Part shown: piece by piece, positions 1-10,423 of the stretch
Layout of the letters: every line of letters begins with the position of its first letter
Position numbering within the stretch: the stretch's first letter is position 1
NCBI GenBank assembly: GCA_002698365.1
Contig: NZWM01000055.1
Span: forward strand, 1-41,750
Direction: 5' to 3'
Length of the DNA: 41,750 bases
Origin: Flavobacteriales bacterium
Lineage (GTDB): Bacteria > Bacteroidota > Bacteroidia > Flavobacteriales > TMED113
Position numbers and translations under genes: made by a program
Notes under the pieces: generated by a model
Told to the model about the DNA's origin: nothing
The model's input: the letters and a program-made list of their open reading frames with translations, nothing else
Database searches by the model: none

Positions 1-77
1 GAAAAGGGAAAATCGAAATACCTTTTAAATCAGAAAAAAAACTAAATGAAATCATTCAATTATTGCAATCTTTTTAA
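1..77 (+). CDS. 3' end of an upstream gene, probably chromosome-partitioning protein ParB (last ~25 codons only; frame begins at nt 3)
   Basis: Not in the ORF track because it enters from the left edge. Frame 3 reads KGKIEIPFKSEKKLNEIIQLLQSF-stop (TAA 75-77). This resembles the GKI.I.F.S.E.L..I..LL tail of ParB/Spo0J proteins. As I recall, parB-DUF5683-dapB-lepB is the usual flavobacterial gene order. It overlaps the next gene's ATG (46) by 32 nt. Confidence 0.4.
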   Translation, partial: KGKIEIPFKSEKKLNEIIQLLQSF

Positions 78-582
78 GAATATACTTTTATTAACCACAT
101 TCATTGGCTGTACTGCTTTTTCTCAAAACACAACTAATATATCACCAAAAAAAGCTACTATTCTATCAGCAAGCTGTCCTGGACTGGGACAAATTTATAA
201 TAAAAAATACTGGAAACCCCCCATAATATATTTAGCATTTGGAGGCACATTATATTATTATTTTGAATATGACAATAAATATAAAACATATAAAAATGCA
301 TACATAGCACGTACAGATGATGATGACAATACAATAGATGATTTTTCAAATTACACAAATAATAATCTAATTACTCTACAAGACTATTATCGCGACTCAA
401 GAGATGTGGCTGGATTATTATTTATTTTGATATATATTTTAAACATTGTTGATGCATCAGTTGACGCTCATTTAATGAGTTATAATATAAATGATAATTT
501 ATCACTAAATTTAAAACCAAATCGATTAGATCATGAATTTGAAACATTTAATCTATCTCTAACGTATAATTTATCAAAATGA
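46..582 (+). CDS. DUF5683-like membrane/secreted protein (Bacteroidota-specific)
   Basis: N-terminal signal-like segment, then SASCPGLGQIYNKKYWKPPIIY, which matches my recollection of the DUF5683 core. TGA stop overlaps the dapB ATG (ATGA). Confidence 0.6.
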   Translation: MKSFNYCNLFKNILLLTTFIGCTAFSQNTTNISPKKATILSASCPGLGQIYNKKYWKPPIIYLAFGGTLYYYFEYDNKYKTYKNAYIARTDDDDNTIDDFSNYTNNNLITLQDYYRDSRDVAGLLFILIYILNIVDASVDAHLMSYNINDNLSLNLKPNRLDHEFETFNLSLTYNLSK

Positions 583-1259
583 AAATTGGCATCATAGGAT
601 ATGGGAAAATGGGCAGAGAAATAGAACAAGTAGCTCTCGAGCATGGGCATGTAATTATTTTTAAAATTAATTCCAAAAACACTCATGAATTAAATACTAA
701 AAATCTGTCTGCAATTGATATAGCAATAGAATTTTCAACGCCAAAATCCGCATTTGAAAATATTTCGTTTTGTCTCATGAACAATACTCCAATTATATCT
801 GGAACAACTGGTTGGATAAAAAAAATAGATCAAATACATACATTATGTAAAGAGAAAAAAGGAGCGTTTTTATATGCAGAAAATTTTAGTATTGGAATGA
901 ATATATTTTTTCAACTTAATAAATATTTAGCTGAATTGATGATTTTAAAAAATTATGATTTACAAATTACAGAAACACATCATGAAAGTAAAAAAGATAC
1001 TCCTAGTGGGACTGCAATTAAAATTGAAAGTGACATAAAAAAATCGTTAAAGAAAGATGGTGAAATTCCAATAAAATCAAATAGAATTGGCAATATAAAA
1101 GGAGAACACGAAGTAGAATACTTTGCAGAATCTGACTCCATACATATAAAACACACTGCACATAATAGAAAAGGATTTGCAAAAGGTGTTATATTAGCAA
1201 CAGAATTTCTTGAAAATAAAACCGGCATTTTCTCTATGAGAGATGTTATTAAAAATTAA
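579..1259 (+). CDS. dapB: 4-hydroxy-tetrahydrodipicolinate reductase
   Basis: N-terminal Rossmann motif MKIGIIGYGKMG and the DapB signature ETHHESKKDTPSGTA. Length is typical at 226 aa. Confidence 0.93.
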   Translation: MKIGIIGYGKMGREIEQVALEHGHVIIFKINSKNTHELNTKNLSAIDIAIEFSTPKSAFENISFCLMNNTPIISGTTGWIKKIDQIHTLCKEKKGAFLYAENFSIGMNIFFQLNKYLAELMILKNYDLQITETHHESKKDTPSGTAIKIESDIKKSLKKDGEIPIKSNRIGNIKGEHEVEYFAESDSIHIKHTAHNRKGFAKGVILATEFLENKTGIFSMRDVIKN

Positions 1260-1264
1260 TAAGC

Positions 1265-2926
1265 ATGTTTTTCATTTCCCTAATCACATACTTCATAGCT
1301 ATTTATCTTATTTATTTTAAGAACATAGTATGGAAACCCATCCTTACTGCTATAGCAACAATTATTTTAATAAGTTCTGCTATTTTTTCAATAGAAATAG
1401 CAAAACAATATGCTATTTTTTTAATCATAATCTATCTAACTAGTATATTTATTAAACTTACTGCTCGCTTTATCTGGCAAATAGTAAAATCTATCGACCA
1501 CAGACGAAAATTCATTACCTGCTTTTTATATCTACTGCTCTACTGTTTGGCATTATTTTTAATAATCAACACCACAAAACAAGAATGGTTAAATTGGTTT
1601 TACTTTCTAATATACTTCCCATTAGACTATTACTACTTTCAATTTATTCCATGGCCTGATCAAAAAGAAAAACAAGAAAAAATTTCTAAACAAGATGAGT
1701 GGGAAGAAGGAATTACATTTGCCATTATCGCCGCAACCTTAATTCATGTGTTCTTTTTACAACCATTTACAATACCTACTTCATCAATGGAGAAAAGTAT
1801 GTTAGTTGGAGATTTCCTAATTGTAAGTAAAGTTAATTATGGTGCAAATATCCCAAATACACCTCTTTTTCTTCCTTTCATGCATCAAAAAATACCGGGC
1901 ACGAAAAACACCCCATCATATTCAAAATTAATACAACTTGGATATAACAGACTACCTGGATTTCAATCAGTTCAAAATAATGATATTGTCGTGTTTAATT
2001 TCCCTGTAGATACACTGAGAGAAAGCATTCCATTTGACAAAAAAATGAACTACGTAAAAAGATGTGTCGGTGTCGCAGGCGATTCATTAATGATAATCGA
2101 AAAAGATATTTATATCAATGGTGAAAAATTAATAAATACAGAAAATATTATAACACAATTTCAATACATTATTCAACCTAAAGATAGTGTTTATGTTGGC
2201 TCTAATGTGATGAGTAGCCTAGAGCAACTACTAATAGAAAATGATATAGAGACATATGCACAATACAGCTCACAACAAGGATATAGCAAATTAATGAAGT
2301 TAAATGAAAAAAGAAAAAATGAAAGAAAATATGGACCATTGAAAAACACTGGGTTTTTTATTGTCTTCTTAACAGATGATGAAAAAAGAATTATAGAAAA
2401 AACAGTAAGTAAATGGTTTGTTTTTTCAGAACAGGAATTTGACAAAAACCTTTTTCCAAAAACTCTAATAAAAGACTGGACAGCCAATAACTACGGCCCC
2501 ATATATATCCCAAAAAAAGGAGACATCTTAGCATTGAACAAAGAAAATATTCATTTTTATAAAAAAATAATTGAAGATTATGAAAATAATAAGTTAGAAA
2601 TTTCACATAATGATGTTATCACTATTAACGAACAAACTACAACAAGTTATGAGGTGAAAATGAATTATTACTGGATGATGGGTGACAATAGACATAATTC
2701 TGAAGACTCTAGGGTCTGGGGATTTGTTCCAGAAAACCACATTGTGGGTAAACCCATATTCACCTGGCTCAGCATTAACTTTAATGCAATAAATAAAAAA
2801 AGTTTTATAGATAAAATGGGATTTATTAGATGGGAAAGATCACCAATTATATGGATATTATTTACCATATTTATAATTAATCGAGGAAAGCGTTTTTTAA
2901 AATCAAAACAAGCAGCTAGTAAATAA
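1265..2926 (+). CDS. lepB: Signal peptidase I, long Bacteroidota type with a multi-TM N-terminal extension
   Basis: Catalytic Ser box IPTSSMEKSM, Lys box YVKRCVGVAGD and box E GDNRHNSEDSRVWGFVPENHIVGKP. The first ~140 aa are hydrophobic helices. The exact start is uncertain. Confidence 0.9.
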   Translation: MFFISLITYFIAIYLIYFKNIVWKPILTAIATIILISSAIFSIEIAKQYAIFLIIIYLTSIFIKLTARFIWQIVKSIDHRRKFITCFLYLLLYCLALFLIINTTKQEWLNWFYFLIYFPLDYYYFQFIPWPDQKEKQEKISKQDEWEEGITFAIIAATLIHVFFLQPFTIPTSSMEKSMLVGDFLIVSKVNYGANIPNTPLFLPFMHQKIPGTKNTPSYSKLIQLGYNRLPGFQSVQNNDIVVFNFPVDTLRESIPFDKKMNYVKRCVGVAGDSLMIIEKDIYINGEKLINTENIITQFQYIIQPKDSVYVGSNVMSSLEQLLIENDIETYAQYSSQQGYSKLMKLNEKRKNERKYGPLKNTGFFIVFLTDDEKRIIEKTVSKWFVFSEQEFDKNLFPKTLIKDWTANNYGPIYIPKKGDILALNKENIHFYKKIIEDYENNKLEISHNDVITINEQTTTSYEVKMNYYWMMGDNRHNSEDSRVWGFVPENHIVGKPIFTWLSINFNAINKKSFIDKMGFIRWERSPIIWILFTIFIINRGKRFLKSKQAASK

Positions 2927-2947
2927 TTGTTAGATTAAATAAAAATT

Positions 2948-3544
2948 GTGAGACAAAATACTCGGTCAATTATTCTTTCTACGGCTTATTTTCCACCAAT
3001 TCAGTATTTTCAATGTTGTGTGAAACACAAGAGAATTCATATAGAGCATAATGAATACTACAAACGACACAGTACACGAAACCGATGCACGATACTAGGT
3101 GCAAATGGCCCATTATTATTAACAGTACCTATTCATAGTTCTTCAAAAGAATTAATAAAAAATATTCGTATTGCGCATGAAAGTTGGAGAAAAAATCACA
3201 TAAATAGTCTAAAATCTGCCTATGGTTCATCACCCTTTTTTATTTATTATTTTGAAGACATAAAAAAGATTATAAATAAAAAGCATAATTTTTTAATTGA
3301 TTTAAACATGGATATTTTATATTATTTTTCAAACGAGTTACAATTAAATAATTGTATAGAGTACACTGAAAAATACATAAGAAATTATCCTGAAGACATA
3401 GAAGACCAACGACATGTAACACAAAAAATTAGCAAGCAAAAAAAATATCATCAAGTTTTTGGAGAAAATTTCATCAAGAATCTCAGTATAATAGACCTTA
3501 TTTTTAACATAGGACCAAAAGCAAAAGAATATATATGTGTATGA
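2948..3544 (+). CDS. WbqC family protein
   Basis: N-terminal STAYFPPIQYFQ motif and ~200 aa size are typical of WbqC-like proteins. It sits downstream of lepB as in other Flavobacteriia. GTG start. Confidence 0.6.
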   Translation: MRQNTRSIILSTAYFPPIQYFQCCVKHKRIHIEHNEYYKRHSTRNRCTILGANGPLLLTVPIHSSSKELIKNIRIAHESWRKNHINSLKSAYGSSPFFIYYFEDIKKIINKKHNFLIDLNMDILYYFSNELQLNNCIEYTEKYIRNYPEDIEDQRHVTQKISKQKKYHQVFGENFIKNLSIIDLIFNIGPKAKEYICV

Positions 3545-3574
3545 TCACAACTAATTATTATCTTTAACATAAGT

Positions 3575-5212
3575 ATGAATAAAAAAATCGATATCAAATT
3601 CAATAAAAATGAAGATAATTTGAAGCTCTTAGTTTCGGAGATGAAACAAAAAAAAGATATTATCAAATTAGGAGGAGGGGCATCTAGTATTGAAAAACAA
3701 CATAAAAAAGGTAAATTAACAGCACGAGAAAGAATCAGAAATCTGCTGGACGAAAATGCAGAATACATAGAAATAGGAACATTTGCTGCTTACGATTTGT
3801 ACACAGAATTTGGAGGGTGTCCAGCTGCAGGTGTAGTAGTTGTGATTGGTAAAATTCATAGAAAAACATGTATTATAGTTGCAAGTGATGCTACAGTTAA
3901 AGCTGGAGCATGGTTTCCTATGACTGCAACAAAAAATTTGCGAGCACAAGAATTTTGTATGACAAACAAAATACCTATTATTTATTTAGTTGATAGTGCT
4001 GGAGTTTTTTTACCTCTTCAAGATCAAATATTTCCAGATAAAGAGCATTTTGGCAGACAATTTAGAAATAATGCAAAAATATCCGCCATGGGAATATCGC
4101 AAATATCAGCAATAATGGGTAGTTGTGTTGCAGGTGGTGCATATTTACCAATCATGAGTGATGAAGCACTAATTGTAGAAAAAACAGGAAGCGTTTTTTT
4201 GGCAGGCTCACATTTAGTGAAAGCTGCAATTGGGGAAGATATAGAAAATGAAAAATTAGGTGGAGCTGATACTCATTGTGATATTTCTGGAGTAACAGAC
4301 TATAAGTGTAAGGATGATAATGAAGCAATTGAAATTATCCGAGATTTAATTAGTGTCACTGAGCACCAACCTAAAAATTTGTTTTCTAGAATTGAAAGTA
4401 AAGAACCAAAAAAGAAAATAGATGAAATTTATGGAATACTTCCAAAAAATCGTGATGAAGCATATAACATGAAGGATATTATTGACCGACTTATAGATGA
4501 TAGTTTTTTCAGAGAATATAAAGCAGATTATGGAAAAACATTAATTTGTGGATATGCAAGAATCGATGGCTGGTCTGTAGGAATCATTGCTAACCAAAGA
4601 AAAATAGTAAAAACAGGAAAAGGAGAAATGCAATTAGGTGGTGTGATATATTCAGACTCTGCAGATAAATCAGCGAGATTTATTATGAATTGTAATCAAA
4701 AAAATATTCCTTTATTATTTATCCAAGATGTAAATGGATTTATGGTAGGATCCAGATCAGAACATAATGGGATCATAAAGGATGGAGCTAAGATGGTAAA
4801 TGCAATGGCTAATAGTGTCGTCCCAAAATTTACAATCATTATTGGGAATTCATATGGTGCAGGAAATTATGCTATGTGTGGAAAAGCATATGATCCTAAC
4901 TTAATCTTAGCATGGCCAACAGCAAGAATGGCAGTTATGGGTGGAGAGCAAGCAGCAAAAGTATTACTTAATCTCGAAGAGAATAAATTAAAAAAAGAAG
5001 GAAAAACTTTAAACCCCACAGAAAAAGATAATCTTTTACGATCAATTCAAATGAAATACAATAATCAAATGAGTCCATATTATGCAGCTTCTAGAATGTG
5101 GGTCGATGAGATTATTGACCCAAAAGATACTAGAAAACATATTTCTATGGGTATAGAAGCCGCAACATATAATTCTAAAAAAGATTTTAAAACTGGAGTA
5201 ATCCAAACATAA
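3575..5212 (+). CDS. Acyl-CoA carboxylase carboxyltransferase (beta) subunit, MccB/PccB family
   Basis: KGKLTARERI near the N-terminus, GSCVAGGAYLP and GNSYGAGNYAMCG carboxyltransferase motifs, 545 aa. Substrate (methylcrotonyl- vs propionyl-CoA) cannot be decided from sequence alone. No biotin-carrier subunit is adjacent. Confidence 0.88.
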   Translation: MNKKIDIKFNKNEDNLKLLVSEMKQKKDIIKLGGGASSIEKQHKKGKLTARERIRNLLDENAEYIEIGTFAAYDLYTEFGGCPAAGVVVVIGKIHRKTCIIVASDATVKAGAWFPMTATKNLRAQEFCMTNKIPIIYLVDSAGVFLPLQDQIFPDKEHFGRQFRNNAKISAMGISQISAIMGSCVAGGAYLPIMSDEALIVEKTGSVFLAGSHLVKAAIGEDIENEKLGGADTHCDISGVTDYKCKDDNEAIEIIRDLISVTEHQPKNLFSRIESKEPKKKIDEIYGILPKNRDEAYNMKDIIDRLIDDSFFREYKADYGKTLICGYARIDGWSVGIIANQRKIVKTGKGEMQLGGVIYSDSADKSARFIMNCNQKNIPLLFIQDVNGFMVGSRSEHNGIIKDGAKMVNAMANSVVPKFTIIIGNSYGAGNYAMCGKAYDPNLILAWPTARMAVMGGEQAAKVLLNLEENKLKKEGKTLNPTEKDNLLRSIQMKYNNQMSPYYAASRMWVDEIIDPKDTRKHISMGIEAATYNSKKDFKTGVIQT

Positions 5213-5268
5213 ATCATTTATTTCTTTATAAAAAAGAAGTATCTTTATTGGAGATTTTTAATCTGATT

Positions 5269-7218
5269 ATGATAACAATTCAATTTCCTGACAATACTAT
5301 AAAAAAATTTCCAAAAGGAACAACTGCTCTTGATATTGCAAAAGATATTAGTGAAGGATTAGCAAGAAATATCCTCGCAGCCAAAATTAATGGAGTAATA
5401 ACTGACGTAAAAAAACCATTAAAATCAGATCAAAAAATTGATTTAGAACTATTAACATGGAAAGATGATGGTGGGAAGTCAACGATGTGGCACTCTAGTG
5501 CGCATTTATTAGCAGAAGCAATTCAACACTATTACCCAAGTGCTAAATTTGCAATTGGCCCACCTGTAGAAAATGGTTTTTATTATGACATTGAATTTCC
5601 AAAAGACATCAGTTTTTCATCAGAAGATTTTTTAAAAATTGAAAAAAAAATACTCGAATTAGCAAGAGAAAAAAATGAATACATTCTAACCGAAATTTCA
5701 AAGAAAGATGCGATTTCTTATTTCAAGAAAAAAGAAAATAATTATAAATTAGAATTACTGGAAGACTTAAAAGATGGTGACATCACATTTTATCAACAAG
5801 GTGGATTCATTGACTTATGTAAAGGACCACATATTCCAAATACTAGTTTCATAAAAGCAGTGAAATTAATTAATGTAGCTGGAGCATATTGGAAAGGTGA
5901 TGAAAAGAACAAACAGTTAACTCGAATTTATGGAATTACGTTTCCTAAACAAAAAGAATTAACTGAATATTTAATAAAATTAGAAGAAGCTAAAAAACGA
6001 GATCATAGAAAAATTGGGAAAAACATGTCCTTATTTATGTTTTCAAATAAAGTTGGACAAGGCTTACCGCTTTGGCTACCAAAAGGAGCATATTTAAGAA
6101 ACAAATTAATTGATTTCATGCAAAATACTCAGCTGAATTTTGGCTATCTCCCTGTAATAACACCACATATTGGCTCCAAAGATTTATATGTTTGTTCGGG
6201 ACATTATGAGAAATATGGCGAAGATTCTTTTCAGCCTATTAAAACTCCTAATGTAAATGAAGAATTTTTCTTAAAACCAATGAACTGCCCTCATCATTGT
6301 GAAATATATAAATCTGAACCAAGATCATATAAAGATTTACCACTTCGATTTGCTGAATTTGGTACAGTATACCGTTATGAACAAAGCGGAGAATTACATG
6401 GATTAACAAGAGTCAGGGGATTTACACAAGATGACGCTCATATTTTTGTCACACCAGATCAAGTACAAGATGAATTTGAAGCAGTCATAGATTTAGTATT
6501 ATATGTATTAAAAGCAATGGGCTTTAAAGACTATATTGTACAGATTTCCCTAAGAGATAAAAATAATAAAGAAAAATATATAGGAAGTGAGGCTAACTGG
6601 GAATTAGCTGAAAAATCCATCATTCAATCTGCCAAAAACAAAAAACTAACACCTATCATTGAATATGGTGAAGCTGCATTTTATGGGCCAAAATTAGACT
6701 TTATGATAAAGGATGCAATAGGTAGAAAATGGCAACTAGGTACAATTCAAGTAGATTACAATTTACCTGAAAGATTTAACTTAGAATATAAAGGGTCCGA
6801 CGATAAAATGCATCAACCTGTCATGATTCATAGAGCTCCATTCGGATCATTAGAAAGATTTATTGCATTATTAATCGAACATACCTCGGGGCAATTTCCA
6901 CTTTGGCTAACCCCAGAACAAATAATTATTTTACCGATAAGTAAAAAATATAATGAATACTGCCGGAAACTTTTAAATTCGCTAAAAAATTACGATATTC
7001 GCGGGCACGTTGATGACAGAAATGAAACAACTGGCAAAAAAATAAGAGATGCAGAGATGAATAAAATCCCTTATATGTTAATTATAGGAGAAAAAGAAGT
7101 AAAAGAAGAATTAATGTCAGTCAGAGAACATGGAGGTAATAATTTAGGAGCAATGAGCACAACACAATTAACAACGTTAATAAAATCGAAGATTTCGAAA
7201 GAATTAGGAAAAGAATAA
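5269..7218 (+). CDS. thrS: Threonine--tRNA ligase
   Basis: TGS-domain N-terminus MITIQFPDNTIKKFPKGTTALDIAKDIS, KRDHRKIGK, and class II motif FAEFGTVYRYEQSGELHGLTRVRGFTQDDAHIF. The ORF-track start at 5248 is a TTG. The ATG at 5269 matches the conserved N-terminus. Confidence 0.96.
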   Translation: MITIQFPDNTIKKFPKGTTALDIAKDISEGLARNILAAKINGVITDVKKPLKSDQKIDLELLTWKDDGGKSTMWHSSAHLLAEAIQHYYPSAKFAIGPPVENGFYYDIEFPKDISFSSEDFLKIEKKILELAREKNEYILTEISKKDAISYFKKKENNYKLELLEDLKDGDITFYQQGGFIDLCKGPHIPNTSFIKAVKLINVAGAYWKGDEKNKQLTRIYGITFPKQKELTEYLIKLEEAKKRDHRKIGKNMSLFMFSNKVGQGLPLWLPKGAYLRNKLIDFMQNTQLNFGYLPVITPHIGSKDLYVCSGHYEKYGEDSFQPIKTPNVNEEFFLKPMNCPHHCEIYKSEPRSYKDLPLRFAEFGTVYRYEQSGELHGLTRVRGFTQDDAHIFVTPDQVQDEFEAVIDLVLYVLKAMGFKDYIVQISLRDKNNKEKYIGSEANWELAEKSIIQSAKNKKLTPIIEYGEAAFYGPKLDFMIKDAIGRKWQLGTIQVDYNLPERFNLEYKGSDDKMHQPVMIHRAPFGSLERFIALLIEHTSGQFPLWLTPEQIIILPISKKYNEYCRKLLNSLKNYDIRGHVDDRNETTGKKIRDAEMNKIPYMLIIGEKEVKEELMSVREHGGNNLGAMSTTQLTTLIKSKISKELGKE

Positions 7219-7241
7219 TTATTAATTAAAATAAAAAAGTT

Positions 7242-7802
7242 ATAGTAGTAAAAAGACGAAATAGAGGGAGGAAGCCTTGGAGAATTAAAAAAGAAAACCC
7301 CCATAAAATAAATAATTTCATTACAGCAGATAGAATCCGATTAGTCGGAGATAACATAGAAAATGCTGTTTGCTCAAAAATGGAAGGGTTAAAAAAAGCA
7401 CAAGAATTGGGGCTAGATTTAGTAGAAATATCTGCAAAATCAGATCCCCCAATTTGTAAAATTATTAATTATAGTAAGTTTCTTTACGACCAGAAGAAGA
7501 AACAAAAAGAAATCAAATCTAAAACAGCCAAAGTGGTGATGAAAGAAATTAGATTTGGGCCTAATACAGAAACACATGATTATAATTTTAAATTAAATCA
7601 TGCTAAAAAATTTATAGAAGATGGTTGCAAATTGAAATCATATGTTTTTTTTAAAGGAAGATCCATTATTCATAAAGAACGTGGAGAAATCTTACTCTTA
7701 AAATTAGCACAAGATTTAGAAGAAATTGCAAAAGTAGATCAAATGCCAAAATTAGAAGGGAAACGAATGATTATGTTATTGTCTCCTTTAGTGAAAAAAT
7801 AA
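7242..7802 (+). CDS. infC: Translation initiation factor IF-3, non-AUG (ATA) start
   Basis: The frame of the 7380 ORF stays open upstream to a TAA at 7227-7229. The upstream part encodes [38 protein letters not shown], the conserved IF-3 N-domain that includes IRLVG. There is no ATG/GTG/TTG in that stretch. ATA at 7242 (or 7230) is the likely start. The start coordinate is less certain than the gene call. Confidence 0.85.
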   Translation: MVVKRRNRGRKPWRIKKENPHKINNFITADRIRLVGDNIENAVCSKMEGLKKAQELGLDLVEISAKSDPPICKIINYSKFLYDQKKKQKEIKSKTAKVVMKEIRFGPNTETHDYNFKLNHAKKFIEDGCKLKSYVFFKGRSIIHKERGEILLLKLAQDLEEIAKVDQMPKLEGKRMIMLLSPLVKK

Positions 7803-7813
7803 AATGTGTAGTT

Positions 7814-8011
7814 ATGCCAAAAATGAAAACAAACTCAAGTGCAAAAAAAAGATTTTCCGTAACTAGTAGTGGAAAAATAAAAAGAAAGCATGCATTTAAA
7901 AGTCATATTTTAACAAAAAAAACAACTAAACAAAAACGTAGACTAACAAACACAGGTTTAGTTGATAAATCTGACTTAAAAAATGTAAAACAACAATTAG
8001 GAATGAAATAA
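7814..8011 (+). CDS. rpmI: 50S ribosomal protein L35
   Basis: [14 protein letters not shown]... is a basic 65-aa protein between infC and rplT. Confidence 0.93.
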   Translation: MPKMKTNSSAKKRFSVTSSGKIKRKHAFKSHILTKKTTKQKRRLTNTGLVDKSDLKNVKQQLGMK

Positions 8012-8083
8012 AAGTAATAACCATGTAATCAGTCAAGAAAAGTATCTCAATTGAGATCACTGCTTACAAAAAAAAAGAAAACT

Positions 8084-8431
8084 ATGCCTAGATCAGTTAA
8101 TTCAGTTGCTGCAAAAGCAAGAAGAAAAAAAATTTTAAAACAAGCTAAAGGTTATTTTGGTCGAAGAAAAAATGTATTTACAGTTGCAAAAAATGCAGTT
8201 GAAAAAGCATTAACATATGCATACCGAGACCGTAAAGTCAACAAACGTAATTTTCGATCTTTATGGATACAAAGAATAAATGCTGGCGCTAGAGAACATG
8301 GCTTGTCGTATTCTCAATTTATGGGGCTAATTAAAAGTAAAAATATTGATTTAAATCGAAAAGTGCTTGCAGACTTGGCTATGAACCATAAAGAAATATT
8401 CCAAGCACTTATAGAAGATTTGAAAAAATAA
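8084..8431 (+). CDS. rplT: 50S ribosomal protein L20
   Basis: [30 protein letters not shown] is the canonical L20 N-terminus. The ORF-track start at 8051 is an upstream TTG. Confidence 0.95.
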   Translation: MPRSVNSVAAKARRKKILKQAKGYFGRRKNVFTVAKNAVEKALTYAYRDRKVNKRNFRSLWIQRINAGAREHGLSYSQFMGLIKSKNIDLNRKVLADLAMNHKEIFQALIEDLKK

Positions 8432-9409
8432 TCATTTATTTAAACCTTCTAAAGCCGGAATATATGATGGATTTAACATAAGACAGTTTTTCCAATCAAT
8501 ATTCGCTTTGGCACTATTACCACTTAATTCATGCACATAAGCTCGAGCATGATAACCCATCAAAAACGAGTTGTCTAAAGCAATTGCTTTTGTGAAGTAT
8601 GCAATACTATTATCATAGTCCTTTAATTGCATGCTACAGAATCCCATATTATAATAATTTTGTTTTTTAGTAGCATCTATATTCACCGCTATATTATAGT
8701 ATTCTAATGCTTGACTATATTGAAGTAAATTCTGTTTATGTTTTCCAAAATTATAATATACTTGGAAATCTTCTGGATACAAATTGATAATTTTTTTAAA
8801 ATATTCTTCTGCTAACTCTGAATTAAAATATGTATTAAAGCCAGAAGTGTCACTGTATATAACTGAAAATAACGATAAAATTTCTTTGTCGTTTGGATCA
8901 ATTTCAACTAGATGATTTAAAGCCAAAATAGCTGAATCATATTCACGTAGTTCTTTTAAATAGGCAATTAAAGGAATAGAGAGTAGTCCATTATTCAACA
9001 ATGATAATGTATCAATCATTGCTTTACAATTACGATCTTTTACTGCACACAGCAGTTCAGTTAAATTTGTACGACACCGAATATTATTAGGATCGAGCTT
9101 GACACATCTCTCCCAGCTTTCTTTTGATATTCTCGTTTGATTTAGTTTGTAATAAAGATCACCTCTAATTAATAACAACTCTATATCATTTTTAAAAATT
9201 GCATACGCAGCATCTATATCTTTTCTGGCTAAATCTAATTCATTATTCTCCAAATAACTAGAAGCACGTTGTTTTAATAATCCAATATTAAGGGAGTCTT
9301 TATCAAGAAGTACTGACAAAGAATCTAAATGTGAAATTTGATTTTCTCTAGTGGAATATTTACATCCAAAAAAAAATAAAATACATAAAGTAAATACTAT
9401 ATGCTTCAT
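8432..9409 (-). CDS. Tetratricopeptide-repeat lipoprotein
   Basis: Lipoprotein signal MKHIVFTLCILFFFGC followed by repeated TPR-like A..Y...I..DP.. units. Its stop codon abuts the rplT stop codon with 0 nt between them. Confidence 0.6.
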   Translation of the reverse strand: MKHIVFTLCILFFFGCKYSTRENQISHLDSLSVLLDKDSLNIGLLKQRASSYLENNELDLARKDIDAAYAIFKNDIELLLIRGDLYYKLNQTRISKESWERCVKLDPNNIRCRTNLTELLCAVKDRNCKAMIDTLSLLNNGLLSIPLIAYLKELREYDSAILALNHLVEIDPNDKEILSLFSVIYSDTSGFNTYFNSELAEEYFKKIINLYPEDFQVYYNFGKHKQNLLQYSQALEYYNIAVNIDATKKQNYYNMGFCSMQLKDYDNSIAYFTKAIALDNSFLMGYHARAYVHELSGNSAKANIDWKNCLMLNPSYIPALEGLNK

Positions 9410-9423
9410 GGAAACGTCCTCTA

Positions 9424-10416
9424 TTAAGACAATGATTCTTTTATTTTATGTTCTAACTCAGCAGATAACTCAGGATTATCTTTTAAAATTTTTCTAACGG
9501 CTTCTCTACCCTGGCCCAATTTAGTTCCATTATAGCTAAACCATGATCCACTTTTTTCCACCACACCATACTCTACACCTAAGTCAATGATTTCACCTGT
9601 TTTAGAAATGCCCTCACCATACATAATATCAAACTGTGCACCTCTGAATGGTGCAGCAACCTTGTTCTTTACAATCTTCACTCTAGTTCTATTCCCTATT
9701 GTTTTATCTCCATCTTTTATCTGGGTACTTCGTCGAATATCTATTCTAACAGATGAATAAAATTTCAAAGCATTACCACCAGTTGTGGTTTCCGGATTAC
9801 CAAACATAACTCCAATTTTTTCTCTTAACTGATTAATAAATACACAAATACACCCTGTCTTACTAATAGTTCCAGTCATTTTTCTTAATGCTTGAGACAT
9901 CAACCTTGCCTGCAAACCTAATTTTGAGTCACCCATCTCCCCCTCAATCTCACTTTTCGGGGTTAATGCTGCCACAGAATCTATAACTAAAATATCTATT
10001 GCAGCTGATCGAATTAAATTATCAGCTATTTCGAGTGCTTGTTCTCCACAATCTGGTTGAGATATTAATAAATTATCAATATCAACACCTAATTTTTGTG
10101 CATAAAAACGATCAAAAGCATGCTCAGCATCTATAAAGGCTGCAATACCACCTCTTTTTTGTGCTTCTGCTATAGCATGCAATGTTAAAGTAGTTTTTCC
10201 AGAAGATTCTGGTCCATATATTTCAATCACTCTACCTCTTGGAAGACCACCAACTCCAAGGGCCATATCAATTCCAATTGAACCAGTTGAAATAGCATCA
10301 ACATCTTCAACTGGAGCATCTCCTAATTTCATGATAGTCCCTTTACCATATGTTTTGTTGATTTTTTCAGTAACAAGTGCTAATGCATTACTTTTTAATT
10401 CGGCTTCTTTACTCAT
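9424..10416 (-). CDS. recA: Recombinase RecA
   Basis: Walker [19 protein letters not shown], and full-length similarity to RecA. Confidence 0.98.
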   Translation of the reverse strand: MSKEAELKSNALALVTEKINKTYGKGTIMKLGDAPVEDVDAISTGSIGIDMALGVGGLPRGRVIEIYGPESSGKTTLTLHAIAEAQKRGGIAAFIDAEHAFDRFYAQKLGVDIDNLLISQPDCGEQALEIADNLIRSAAIDILVIDSVAALTPKSEIEGEMGDSKLGLQARLMSQALRKMTGTISKTGCICVFINQLREKIGVMFGNPETTTGGNALKFYSSVRIDIRRSTQIKDGDKTIGNRTRVKIVKNKVAAPFRGAQFDIMYGEGISKTGEIIDLGVEYGVVEKSGSWFSYNGTKLGQGREAVRKILKDNPELSAELEHKIKESLS

Positions 10417-10423
10417 AATTGTT

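Noticed and set aside
579-582. Possible alternative genetic code (UGA read as Trp), given the low G+C and compact genome.
   Set aside because: TGA terminates several ORFs at positions matching conserved C-termini and start/stop overlaps. Examples are DUF5683/dapB (ATGA), truA/ABC (GTGA) and glucosaminidase/MFS (ATGA). No conserved protein needs read-through, so the standard bacterial code fits.
8044-8057. A 14-bp perfect palindrome, ATCTCAATTGAGAT, followed by an A9 run in the rpmI-rplT spacer. It could be an L20 autoregulatory element.
   Set aside because: 7-bp arms with no loop are expected several times per 40 kb by chance at this base composition. The foldable stem would be only about 5 bp. 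I know of no L20 operator of this form in Bacteroidota.
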